A stretch of 64,000 nucleotides of DNA, from the NCBI GenBank assembly GCA_964611985.1, contig CAZTBM010000007.1:6024-70023 (forward strand), written 5' to 3'. This document shows positions 9,933-19,725 of the stretch, in pieces (position 1 is the first letter of the stretch; every line of letters starts with the position of its first letter). The translations under genes and the position numbers were made by a program. Below the pieces are notes generated by a model. The model was not told the origin of the DNA and made no database searches. It worked only from the letters and a program-made list of their open reading frames with translations. This DNA comes from an uncultured Desulfurococcales archaeon. Lineage in GTDB: Archaea; Thermoproteota; Thermoprotei_A; CAZTBM01; SZUA-1508.

Positions 9933-10041
9933 CCCTACCCTATTTAATCTTATTGAATGAGGGGCTTCAGCGAGCCCAGAGGTATAGTTTTGTTATCCAC
10001 GGGAAATAAGTTTTTACTTAATAGAGTATGTTAGAAGCAGT

Positions 10042-11040
10042 TTATTTTACTTGAAAGAAGTCTCTCTTTTGAGCTAACCTAAGGGATTTAACAATATCAA
10101 CAATGTAAGGTCCATCGCGATTAACCCATAATTTCAAATCTTTATCGTAGACTACAATCTCTCTTTCACCGTCGAAGGCGAGTGTGCCTACAAATTTCTC
10201 AATATCTATCCTTTCATTGAATTTGAGTAGTTTAAATTCCTCTAAAGGAACCTCCACAACCTTGCCTGGGGCTATGGGTGCATAGACAAGCTGTCTAAAG
10301 TTCTCTCTACTTACTTTAACGAATGCTCCAAAATCATCATACACTGTTAATGGGTTTACTACACCAATAATTGAGCTTAAACCTATATTATGAGGTTCAC
10401 CTCTTGTTGTAATAACATATTCTACTCTATCAATATCCCATATTGCTCTTGTACCGACAAATAAGTCAGTACATAAAGCTACATCTACTAAAGCATAATC
10501 TTCTTCCCCTGTCTCAAGCTCAACATGAGAGAGTTTACTACGATAACAGGCGTCAGTCTTGCTTATGACTCCTTGTGATAGAGCTGCTGCAACAAGACCA
10601 GCTATAGTGGCCTCAATCATGTAGGGTACGACATTATTTGTCCCCGTAGATAAGGGTAGTATTGGTGTGTCATGTGAGCCTTTGGAGGCGGCTCTAACGG
10701 TCCCATCACCACCTAATGTTATAATGCATGCCACTCTGTGTTTGTTCATTAATTCTGCAGCTAAAGTCGAATCTTGTGGACTGTCAGTAACTCTCATATC
10801 AAGAAAATCTACTTTGATGTTTTTGAGCAATGGGCCTAACATGTCTATAGCTTGTTTACCTATGCCGAAGGAGTCAGGCATAATTAATACTTCCTCAACA
10901 TTATATGAGTCAAGAGCTAAGAGAAGTCTTCTTACAATGTTTATTTTCTCTATGTTATCGAAGACACTTGCATGAGAAGTTAGTCTCCGTATATCCTTAC
11001 CGGACATGGGATTAGGTATTATTCCTACAGGTTTAGACAC
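10042..11040 (-). CDS. acoX: AcoX-like ATP-NAD kinase family protein
   Basis: GIIPNPMSGKDIRRL, LGGDGT, STGTNN, ALVD, GTRAIW and AFDGERE motifs; lies directly upstream of acoAB. GTG start at 11040 with an AGGTG RBS. Confidence 0.88.
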   Translation of the reverse strand: MSKPVGIIPNPMSGKDIRRLTSHASVFDNIEKINIVRRLLLALDSYNVEEVLIMPDSFGIGKQAIDMLGPLLKNIKVDFLDMRVTDSPQDSTLAAELMNKHRVACIITLGGDGTVRAASKGSHDTPILPLSTGTNNVVPYMIEATIAGLVAAALSQGVISKTDACYRSKLSHVELETGEEDYALVDVALCTDLFVGTRAIWDIDRVEYVITTRGEPHNIGLSSIIGVVNPLTVYDDFGAFVKVSRENFRQLVYAPIAPGKVVEVPLEEFKLLKFNERIDIEKFVGTLAFDGEREIVVYDKDLKLWVNRDGPYIVDIVKSLRLAQKRDFFQVK

Positions 11041-11195
11041 GATATAACACCTTACATATTCTAAGCATGTCAATTAACATACAAAGGCTCTTCTAGTATT
11101 TATAATTATTTAGACAATAGTGTTTAAATATGGATCTCTAGTTTAAATGTTAATGTAGGTTAACCCTATGATTGTAAAGGGCTAAGAGATTAAAG

Positions 11196-12374
11196 GTGAT
11201 TTTCACGGAGGAGTACTACATACTCTTTGACATAGTTATACTACTGCTTCTAGCTAAAATTCTTGAAGAATTAGTTGCTAGATTCAGACAGCCTCCCATA
11301 CTTGGAGACTTACTAGCTGGGGTTATTTTAGGACCTACAGTTTTAGGCATTATTAAAGTAGGAGATAATGTTAAGTCTATAGCGTGGGTTGGTATTGTAG
11401 CCTTAATATTCTTTGCAGGTTTAGAAACAGAAATTAAAGAGTTCAAACGGCATAGTAAGACAGGTCTTCTCGTGGGCTTAGGAGGAATTATCACATGCTT
11501 TACACTAGGTTTAGTATATGGATTATCATTAGGTTATGATTTAAGCTCATCACTATTCCTGGCCACAATGTTAACTCCTACATCGGTTAGTGTTACTGTT
11601 GAAACATTAATTCAATTGAAAACTCTACATACTCGTGTAGGACAAGTTATTGTCAGTGCGGCAGTTGCAGATGACATATATGCGTTGTTTCTCTTTACGC
11701 TAACGTATACCGTGGTGTCTAGAGGTTACTTCTCAGTTAGCGAACTTGCACATGTATCCTTGGGATTAGTAATATTAGCCTTAATCTCTTATCTTATGTT
11801 TCGCTATTCAAACTTAATAGCCTCATTGATGAGCAGATTGAAAACCGTTGAATCCCTCTTTACCTTCACATTCATTATGGGTTTATCTGTAGCTACACTT
11901 TCATCCTTCTTTAGACTAAGCCCTATAGTTGGAGCATTTCTAACCGGCTTAGCTTTATCATCTATGCCTGGTTCACAAACTGTGAAAGATAGACTGTCAA
12001 TAATAATGGCTATCCTTACACCACTGTTCTTCTGCTATGCAGGCGTGTTACTGAATCCTTGGGAGGTTTTACCTAAAATCAACTTATCAACTACAGCCTC
12101 ATTAATAATGGGGATTCTCTTATTAGGTATACTTGGAAAAATTGTAGGTTGCGGACTTACAGCAAAGCTCTTGAACCTTACATGGACAGAATCTTTAAGT
12201 GTAGGTATTGGCATGATCCCTAGAGCTGGCGTAGAATTAGTAATAGCAGTAACAGGTCTAACCTTAGGGGTTATAACTCAGGAGGTCTACTTCAGTATAC
12301 TCATACTCATATATGTATCCTCACTCATTACTCCATCACTATTGAAGTTAACCATGTATTTAAAGAGGAAATGA
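11196..12374 (+). CDS. Cation:proton antiporter (CPA2/NapA-like)
   Basis: LGDLLAGVILGP, FFAGLE, TSVSVT, AAVADD, GAFLTGL and MIPRAGV motifs; multi-TM. Confidence 0.9.
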   Translation: MIFTEEYYILFDIVILLLLAKILEELVARFRQPPILGDLLAGVILGPTVLGIIKVGDNVKSIAWVGIVALIFFAGLETEIKEFKRHSKTGLLVGLGGIITCFTLGLVYGLSLGYDLSSSLFLATMLTPTSVSVTVETLIQLKTLHTRVGQVIVSAAVADDIYALFLFTLTYTVVSRGYFSVSELAHVSLGLVILALISYLMFRYSNLIASLMSRLKTVESLFTFTFIMGLSVATLSSFFRLSPIVGAFLTGLALSSMPGSQTVKDRLSIIMAILTPLFFCYAGVLLNPWEVLPKINLSTTASLIMGILLLGILGKIVGCGLTAKLLNLTWTESLSVGIGMIPRAGVELVIAVTGLTLGVITQEVYFSILILIYVSSLITPSLLKLTMYLKRK

Positions 12375-12551
12375 GAAATTGAAATGCCTACAATACCCTT
12401 AAAATAGATAATGGAAAGTATTAAAACGTAGCCATGTAACTACACCCTATTAATTATGTAGACTTATATTTTAGTTACTGTTAATTGTATCTCATGCTTT
12501 AACTATATCCCATTAAAGTAACACTTAATAACATGTTATTTAATAGATATC

Positions 12552-14189
12552 ATGGTGAAATCGTTGGCTTTTGGTCCACTATCTCTACTACCACCACTAC
12601 TAGCTATAATATTGTGTATAGTGACGAAGCAGGTGCTACCATCGTTATTCCTAGGTGTATGGATAGGCGCATTACTAGTCGCCGGATGGAACCCTCTAGC
12701 AGCTACAACGACAACATTCCAATGGATTATCGAGAACATTACTGACTCATGGAATGCTACGATACTATTATTCGACTTTATCATTGGAGCTATGGTGGCA
12801 TTAATATATGCCTCGGGCTCAATGCACTCATTAGCCACGTCACTAAGCAGAAAGGTAAGATCTGCTAGAGGGGCAAGCTTCGCTGCCTCAATACTAGGTA
12901 TACTAGTATTCTTTGATGACTATGCCAACACTATTATTGTAGGTAATGCCATAAGGCCTTTAACTGATAGACTAAGAGTAAGTAGAGAGCTACTAAGCTA
13001 CATTGTTGACTCAACAGCTGCACCAGTTGCAGGGCTAATGTTTGTGTCAACATGGATAGGTTACGAGGTAGGATTAATAAAGGAGGCCTTTGAAAAATTA
13101 ACACCAAAGCCTGGTGTTGAAGCCTATTTCGCATGGCTCATGAGTGTACCATACAGGTACTATTCAATATTAGCCATAATACTAGTATTAACCGTCGTTT
13201 TAACAAGGAGACATTATGGAGGAATGTTAAAAGCTGAGCATAGAGTAGTAAATACAGGCAAGGTCATTAGGGATGGAGCAACTCCATTAATGCCCACTGA
13301 GACAGTTTTAGGTGAGGCTAAGGGTAGAGCCCCACCATCGTTATTCGCATACTCTGTTCTAGGATTAGTTGTAGTAACGATCCTCGGCATGTGGGTTACT
13401 GGTGCAGAAGACCCATCAAAATGGTGGGAGACGCCATTCGTTGATGCATTAATGAATGCTGATGCTGCAACAGCATTACTATGGGGTAGCTTCGTAGGAT
13501 ACTTAATAGCATCATTAATGATATTTGTAGGTGGGTACATGAAGTTTGCTGAGTGGATAGATTATACGATTAAGGGAATGTACCTAATGGTACTACCAAA
13601 TGCTATACTAACACTAGCATGGAGCATTAAAACAGCATGTGATAGTGTTGGAACAGCAAGCTACGTTGTAGGCTTAGCTCAGGCAGCCGGTGTACCAGCA
13701 GTATTGGTACCATTCATAATATTCCTAGTAGCATGCTTCATCTCATTCACTACAGGAACAAGCTGGGGTACCTTCGGTGTAACCATGCCAATAGCGATAC
13801 CAATGGCTTGGAGTCTAGCCCACGCTCAAGGAGTAGACCCCTATATAATAACGTATGCCAGTATAGCATCAGTATTTGCCGGCGGTATTTTTGGAGATCA
13901 CTGTTCACCCATAAGTGATACTACAATAATGTCATCAATGTTCAGTGCTGCAGACCACGTAGACCATGTGACAACACAGATACCATATGCAGTAACAGCT
14001 GCAGGTGTATCAGCAGTACTCTTTATGCTGTTTGCTGCAGGATTAATGCATCCAATAATACTCTTGCCGATAGGTGCAGTGCTTTTGATAATAGCCCATA
14101 GAATAATAAACACATACTATGCCAAACAAGTGAAATTACCGCCAGTAGTACCAAATTACGTAGCCTCTGAGGAGGCTGAATCCTCATAA
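12552..14189 (+). CDS. Na+/H+ antiporter NhaC family membrane protein
   Basis: FFDDYAN, VDSTAAP, TGTSWGTF and GDHCSPISDTT motifs. Confidence 0.9.
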   Translation: MVKSLAFGPLSLLPPLLAIILCIVTKQVLPSLFLGVWIGALLVAGWNPLAATTTTFQWIIENITDSWNATILLFDFIIGAMVALIYASGSMHSLATSLSRKVRSARGASFAASILGILVFFDDYANTIIVGNAIRPLTDRLRVSRELLSYIVDSTAAPVAGLMFVSTWIGYEVGLIKEAFEKLTPKPGVEAYFAWLMSVPYRYYSILAIILVLTVVLTRRHYGGMLKAEHRVVNTGKVIRDGATPLMPTETVLGEAKGRAPPSLFAYSVLGLVVVTILGMWVTGAEDPSKWWETPFVDALMNADAATALLWGSFVGYLIASLMIFVGGYMKFAEWIDYTIKGMYLMVLPNAILTLAWSIKTACDSVGTASYVVGLAQAAGVPAVLVPFIIFLVACFISFTTGTSWGTFGVTMPIAIPMAWSLAHAQGVDPYIITYASIASVFAGGIFGDHCSPISDTTIMSSMFSAADHVDHVTTQIPYAVTAAGVSAVLFMLFAAGLMHPIILLPIGAVLLIIAHRIINTYYAKQVKLPPVVPNYVASEEAESS

Positions 14190-14256
14190 AATAAAATTAT
14201 AAAAAACTAAACTTTTTTACCACTTTAAGTCGTGACAAATATATTATTGACACTTC

Positions 14257-14315
14257 TTCATCAGCTGAATGGCTCATCTTCACCATTCCGAGCGAAGAGC
14301 GTAATCATCATCCAT
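14257..14315 (-). ncRNA. Box C/D guide sRNA (dual guide)
   Basis: Minus strand reads ATGATGA (C, 14311-14305), TTACGCTCTTCGCT, CGGA (D'), ATG, GTGAAGA (C'), TGAGCCATTCAG, CTGA (D, 14264-14261). Canonical archaeal spacing, GC-richer than its intergenic surroundings. Confidence 0.75.
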
Positions 14316-14469
14316 GATTTTTAGGATAAAGCTAGGGTTATTTAATTTTACCATTGTAATCAATATTTTAATCAATTACGTTTTCAATTCAAACTCTTAT
14401 ATGTATCTTTACAGTTAAAGTTATATAGTATGATAGTGAGTCTTAGGTATTGGTGATTCTGATGTCGGA

Positions 14470-15432
14470 ATGCTAAATATCAGTATTCTAGATTTAATAG
14501 GACATACCCCTATCGTAAAATTAAATAAAATTGTCCCTCATTCTTCGGCATCAATATACGTTAAACTTGAGTACATGAATCCTGGAGGGAGTGTAAAAGA
14601 TAGACCAGCTTTATGGATGATTAGGAAGGCTGAGGAAGAGGGAATACTAAAGCCCGGCATGGAGATTATTGAAGTTACATCTGGAAATACAGGAATAAGT
14701 TTAGCTATGATTGGGGCCCTCAAGGGATACAAAGTAACCTGTATTATAGGCTATGATGTTGCACCAGAAAAGATTAAACTACTTGAAATAATGGGCGTTA
14801 ATGTAGTAAAGTTACCTCAGGAATGGATAAGGAAAGACCCTAATATAGCATTTGAGATAGCTAAGAGGATGGCTAAAGAGAGAGAAGCATATTATGTAAA
14901 TCAACATGAAAACCCATTCAATGTCGACGCACATTACCAAACAACTGCTAGGGAAATATGGGAACAAATGAGAGGACAAATTGATGCATTTGTAGCAGGA
15001 GTTGGTACTGGTGGTACATTATTTGGAGTAGCAAAATACCTAAAGAAGATGAAGCCTGATATCAAGATAATTGCCGTAGAGCCTAAGGGCTCAAAACTAT
15101 ATAAAATATTTAAGAATGGAATGTTCGACTATCCTAATGAGTATAAGCAATCGATTATAGAAGGTATTGGTGTAAGGAAGATCTCTAAAATAATGGATAC
15201 AAAATTAATAGATAACATAATAGTGGTAGATGATAAAGATGCCATAGAAACCCTGATTAAATTGATAAGATATGAAGGAATCCTATCTGGAATATCAGGT
15301 GGAGCGAACGTCTATGCTGCATTAAAGGTTGCACAAGAGCTAGGACAGGGTAAAAATATGGTAACAGTAATACCTGATAATACATTCAAATATGTAAATG
15401 TAGTATACGAATATCTAAAGGAAATAATTTAG
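14470..15432 (+). CDS. cysK: Cysteine synthase family PLP enzyme
   Basis: KLEYMNPGGSVKDR (PLP lysine), TSGNTG, GVGTGGT, IEGIG and GISGGAN motifs. Confidence 0.85.
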   Translation: MLNISILDLIGHTPIVKLNKIVPHSSASIYVKLEYMNPGGSVKDRPALWMIRKAEEEGILKPGMEIIEVTSGNTGISLAMIGALKGYKVTCIIGYDVAPEKIKLLEIMGVNVVKLPQEWIRKDPNIAFEIAKRMAKEREAYYVNQHENPFNVDAHYQTTAREIWEQMRGQIDAFVAGVGTGGTLFGVAKYLKKMKPDIKIIAVEPKGSKLYKIFKNGMFDYPNEYKQSIIEGIGVRKISKIMDTKLIDNIIVVDDKDAIETLIKLIRYEGILSGISGGANVYAALKVAQELGQGKNMVTVIPDNTFKYVNVVYEYLKEII

Positions 15433-15490
15433 ATAAAAACTAGCATTCTCTGCCTACCCTTTTATACGTTCTGCTCTTCCATTATTTTTA

Positions 15491-16132
15491 TTATTCACGG
15501 TAATGTAGTGCTATTTCAATAGTTTTTAATATTATATATGCGTATGATAAAATCATTACTATTATCAGGACTTCAAGGGTATAATTAATTATGCTGCCAA
15601 TGAATATTATGAATAACCTTACATCCCTAGAAGCTATCCCAGAAACTTTACCTATTAGTGCTGGATGAACTTTCAATGATGCTTCTCCTCTAGCATGAAC
15701 GTAGCTTACCATTAAGCAACCCGATAAAGCTAACATACCAATAGTGACTATGATAAACTCAGGCACATCATAGATTGTTAGTGAGTATACGGTTAATCCT
15801 AGTATTATGGCTATATCGACTATTCTATCGAGTATAGCGTCAAGAAATCCTCCGAATCTACTTTCCATCTTACGTATTCTGGCCAGTTCTCCATCAACGC
15901 CGTCTATGATCGAGGATACCTGTACCATGATACCAGCTAATATAGGGTTGTTAATGAAGTACAGTGCTGATGCCATCAATCCAAGTATAAAGCTTATGAA
16001 GGAAACAGTGTTTGGTGTAAGAGGAATATTATACTTAACTATAGTTAGTGTTATCTTTGAAGAGATACGCCTATTAATATACCTTGATATTATACCATCT
16101 GTCCTTTTGTATATTTTTACTCCGGTATCCAT
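15491..16132 (-). CDS. CDP-alcohol phosphatidyltransferase, probable di-myo-inositol-phosphate-phosphate synthase (DIPPS)
   Basis: DGIISRYINRRIS, TPN, DGVDGELAR...GGFLDAILDRIVD and SRDVRLF; overlaps the upstream cytidylyltransferase gene. Confidence 0.85.
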   Translation of the reverse strand: MDTGVKIYKRTDGIISRYINRRISSKITLTIVKYNIPLTPNTVSFISFILGLMASALYFINNPILAGIMVQVSSIIDGVDGELARIRKMESRFGGFLDAILDRIVDIAIILGLTVYSLTIYDVPEFIIVTIGMLALSGCLMVSYVHARGEASLKVHPALIGKVSGIASRDVRLFIIFIGSIINYTLEVLIIVMILSYAYIILKTIEIALHYRE

Positions 16133-16899
16133 GCTATTTCACCTATCTCACTACTAACCACATCAGCCACAATACTACGTCTACCATAGTGAGCGTCCAC
16201 TAAATCTTCTACTGTATCTATCTCCGTCCATGGATAACCTGTTACGTCTACTATTTTAACTCTATATCCTAGGTCTATAGCTTTAGTTATGATATCTGAG
16301 AATTTTATTGTATATTTTGTTTTCTCAAGTAAATCAGTTATCTCCTCTACGCTTTTCCTAACAAGAAATACTCCTGTGTCTATGTGAGTGAAGTATTCTA
16401 GCCCTTTACCTATAGCTTTAACACTACCTTCTTCATCGGCTAGTATTTTCGTGGCCTCATCTACATCAATGTATCCTGGTCTTCTATCTCCGGCAATAAG
16501 GATATGCCATTTCCTCGTAGTTCTTGATGTTTCTATTAGTTTCCTTGGTATGCTTCTAGTATATAGATGGTCACTCATTGATAAGAGAAAAGCTTCAGAC
16601 TCAATTCTCTTGATAGCTAGTGTAAAGCTATATCCATTCTCTCTTTCAACATGGGGATTTAAAATAAACTCAAAGGATGCGTCAATCTCTTTAAGAAGTC
16701 GCTTGAGGGGCGTAAAAGTACTTCTAGATGCTACTATTGTGAATTTTCTAATACCTACACTCTTTAATGTCAATACAGGGTATAATATTAACGGTATACC
16801 CTTGATACGTACCAGTGGTTTAGGTCTGCTTATACCGTTAGCTAGGAGTCTAGTTCCTAAACCTCCAGCTAGTATTATAGCTTCCTTTACTCTAACCAT
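16117..16899 (-). CDS. Nucleotidyltransferase, probable CTP:inositol-1-phosphate cytidylyltransferase (IPCT)
   Basis: ILAGGLGTRL...PKPL, ERENGYS, LSMSDH, DEATK, IDTGVF and WTEIDT motifs. Confidence 0.85.
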   Translation of the reverse strand: MVRVKEAIILAGGLGTRLLANGISRPKPLVRIKGIPLILYPVLTLKSVGIRKFTIVASRSTFTPLKRLLKEIDASFEFILNPHVERENGYSFTLAIKRIESEAFLLSMSDHLYTRSIPRKLIETSRTTRKWHILIAGDRRPGYIDVDEATKILADEEGSVKAIGKGLEYFTHIDTGVFLVRKSVEEITDLLEKTKYTIKFSDIITKAIDLGYRVKIVDVTGYPWTEIDTVEDLVDAHYGRRSIVADVVSSEIGEIAWIPE

Positions 16900-17107
16900 A
16901 CGTAAATCACCCTTATAGTCTTATAGTATAGAGTATAGTATGATTAGGTTTAGATTCAAGGTAGGCTGTAGTCTATGGGATCAAGAGAGCTCAGAGGCCG
17001 GGGTTAAGTAGATGATTAAGAGTAAAGCGCTGGTATATTTAAAGTGAGAACAGATATTTAAAGTTAAATGACGTATCAGATTTAACTGATTGTATTGTTT
17101 ATATAAG

Positions 17108-17848
17108 CTACTTAAGCAGTAGATGGGGTTTAGTTAGGATTATTCGCGCTATTTCTGCAAAGCCTTTTCCACTAGGTTGTGCAGATACGTACTTGGCTAT
17201 CTTCTTTAGCTCATCATCGGCGTTTCCTACAGCTACCGGTATGCCGACGGTCTGTAACAACTCTATATCGGTCATACTATCTCCTATTCCAACAACATTC
17301 TCTAGTCTTACCCCTATTAGCTCACAAGCCCTCCTTAGCCCTATGGATTTGCCGCCATCCCTTGGTGTTACATGTAGTGCGAAGCCACTATACATTATCT
17401 TAACTTGATTACTATAACCCTTATTTTCAATATATCTTGTTATTCTTTCGAGTACTTCATATGCTCTCTTTCTATATTCCCGCTTTATATAAAAGGCATA
17501 ATCATATAGACGATAAGCATTCTGCCATGAGGGAATAACATATTCCTTGAATGTTTTAGCTATATCGTCTGCTATTTCTTTAGTAGTCTCTCTAACAATA
17601 GGTATGACTTTATTCTTATAGTATATGAGGCAACCATTCTCAGCTATAACAGGGCCTGTAGCTCCACAGTATCTTGCAAGTCCCGCTGCCACAGGTAAAG
17701 CATTACCCGATATGAACATGACCTTTATACCATTTGCTTCAAGCTCTCTAATGGCATTTATAGCATCAATTTCTAATCTATAATCCTCTCTACTTAGTGA
17801 TAATGTGCCATCAACATCTGTAGCTACCGCTTCAATCCATGGCTTCAC
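17108..17848 (-). CDS. HAD-superfamily phosphoglycolate phosphatase (TA0175/SPP-like)
   Basis: DVDGTL, SGN, IAENG, K, GDSMTD and AVGNAD motifs. Confidence 0.88.
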   Translation of the reverse strand: MKPWIEAVATDVDGTLSLSREDYRLEIDAINAIRELEANGIKVMFISGNALPVAAGLARYCGATGPVIAENGCLIYYKNKVIPIVRETTKEIADDIAKTFKEYVIPSWQNAYRLYDYAFYIKREYRKRAYEVLERITRYIENKGYSNQVKIMYSGFALHVTPRDGGKSIGLRRACELIGVRLENVVGIGDSMTDIELLQTVGIPVAVGNADDELKKIAKYVSAQPSGKGFAEIARIILTKPHLLLK

Positions 17849-18047
17849 AACCTTACCCCTCTAAACATTATTTTAAGTTCATCCACTCAACAGATACTCT
17901 AGCATTTATATAAAGATGTATCCACCATCCCAAATAGGATCATGTAATGTAGTATTGACTAATGCACTTTAGATTATTTAAGGTAAAAGATATTACTTGA
18001 TGTTTCAATTAACACTATGTTGGTTAATATACTAAGAGGAGAAAATT

Positions 18048-19322
18048 ATGAGTTTCTTCAGGAAATATCTTGAATACCCAGTAATATACAAAGTGCTAAT
18101 AGGCTTCATACTGGGTATTATAGCAGGTGCTGTTATCGGACACCCAATTGCCTCTCTAAAACCTTTAGGAGACTTGATGATCAGATTGCTGAAAATGATA
18201 GTTGTACCGATAGTGTTCTTCTCATTAATTATTGGTGCAGCTAGTATTAAGCCCTCAAAGCTAGGGAAGGTTGGAGTAAAGATTATAGTATACTATCTCA
18301 TCACATCGGCTGTAGCAGTCTTTATAGGCTTAGCCATGGCTAACATATTTCAGCCTGGTGTAGGACTAAAATTAGCTGGTGAGGCTAAGCAAATAGCTGT
18401 AAAGAAGGCACCATCAATAGTTGATGTATTATTGAATATTGTACCTACAAATCCGTTCGCTGCACTAGTCCAAGGCAAGGTTTTACAAATAATCTTCTTT
18501 GCCGTAGTCCTTGGAATTGCATTAGCGTATTTAATGGAAAGTCGTAACGAGAGAATTAGGGAGGCAGGAACCATAGTCTATAAAGTATTTGACGGATTAA
18601 TAGAGGCAATATACAAGATTGTCAGAGGCATACTACAGTACATGCCCATAGGTGTCTTCGCGCTAATAGGGTATGTTGTAGCAAAGCATGGACCAGCAGT
18701 TCTAGGACCACTTATAATAGTTATAGCAGCACTATATGTTGGCTTATTTGTACATATAGGCATAGTCTATGGAGGCATTTTAGCCGCATTTAAACTTAGC
18801 TTACTAAAGTTCCTTAAAGGAGCCAAGGAGCCTATGCTAACAGCCTTCGTTACAAGGAGTAGCTCTGCAACACTACCAATAACAATGACTGCTGCTGAAG
18901 AAAACTTTAAGATAAGTAGATCAGTTTACGCCTTTACATTACCATTAGGTGCAACAATCAATATGGATGGTACAGCAATGTACCAAGCAATATGTACGGT
19001 CTTCATTGCTAATGCCCTAGGCATACCTTTAACTATAGATAAACAGTTAATAATAGTATTAACAGCAGTACTAGCATCTATAGGTACAGCTGGTGTTCCA
19101 GGGGCAGGTGCAATAATGTTAGCTATGGTATTGGAAGCTGTAGGTCTGCCACTGACTGATCCTGCTGTTGCACTAGCATACTCAATGATACTAGGTATAG
19201 ACGTAATTCTTGATATGGGTAGAACAATGGTTAATGTCACAGGCGACTTGGCCGGAACAATAGTTGTAGCGAAAACAGAAGGAGAAATAGACTTAAAAGG
19301 TGGGATATGGTCAGGAAAATAA
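18048..19322 (+). CDS. Dicarboxylate/amino acid:cation symporter, GltPh-like aspartate transporter
   Basis: RKYLEYPV N-terminus, [22 protein letters not shown] and [16 protein letters not shown] motifs. Confidence 0.95.
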   Translation: MSFFRKYLEYPVIYKVLIGFILGIIAGAVIGHPIASLKPLGDLMIRLLKMIVVPIVFFSLIIGAASIKPSKLGKVGVKIIVYYLITSAVAVFIGLAMANIFQPGVGLKLAGEAKQIAVKKAPSIVDVLLNIVPTNPFAALVQGKVLQIIFFAVVLGIALAYLMESRNERIREAGTIVYKVFDGLIEAIYKIVRGILQYMPIGVFALIGYVVAKHGPAVLGPLIIVIAALYVGLFVHIGIVYGGILAAFKLSLLKFLKGAKEPMLTAFVTRSSSATLPITMTAAEENFKISRSVYAFTLPLGATINMDGTAMYQAICTVFIANALGIPLTIDKQLIIVLTAVLASIGTAGVPGAGAIMLAMVLEAVGLPLTDPAVALAYSMILGIDVILDMGRTMVNVTGDLAGTIVVAKTEGEIDLKGGIWSGK

Positions 19323-19434
19323 AATTCAATACACTCTTTCATTTTTCTTCATCAAACTACCTCATTGCATTTCTAAAATAGGAAAATACTAAAGTAAGAT
19401 TAAAGCATCTATTTAAACTGGAGGATAGATTTAA

Positions 19435-19632
19435 TTGAGGATTAAATGTCCGTATTGTGGTTTTGAAGGTGAAGCAAAAGAGTTCTGGATAATGTATGAA
19501 AGTGTCTTATATCTTGAAGATTCAAAGGTTGAGAAAGAGTGGAGAGAAAGACCACCATATATTATATGTCCTTCTTGTAAGAATGGCTTCTTCCTTGAAT
19601 CGCCCTATACAAAATTTTATAGAAACGAATGA
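19435..19632 (+). CDS. Small CPxCG-type zinc-finger protein
   Basis: CPYCG...CPSC pair in 65 aa; GGAGG RBS before the TTG start. Confidence 0.75.
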   Translation: MRIKCPYCGFEGEAKEFWIMYESVLYLEDSKVEKEWRERPPYIICPSCKNGFFLESPYTKFYRNE

Positions 19633-19725
19633 ACATAATGTTGCCTACTCTAATTAAAATTGTAATGAACACCCATTATAATAAGGTTTATATACAATCT
19701 TAAAATGATTAATTTAGGGAGACTT

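Noticed and set aside
16920-17100. GC-richer intergenic patch (CTCAGAGGCCGGGGTTAAG) and short TATAGT repeats upstream of IPCT
   Set aside because: No complete C/D box set, tRNA cloverleaf or convincing ORF on either strand; the repeats are too short and irregular.
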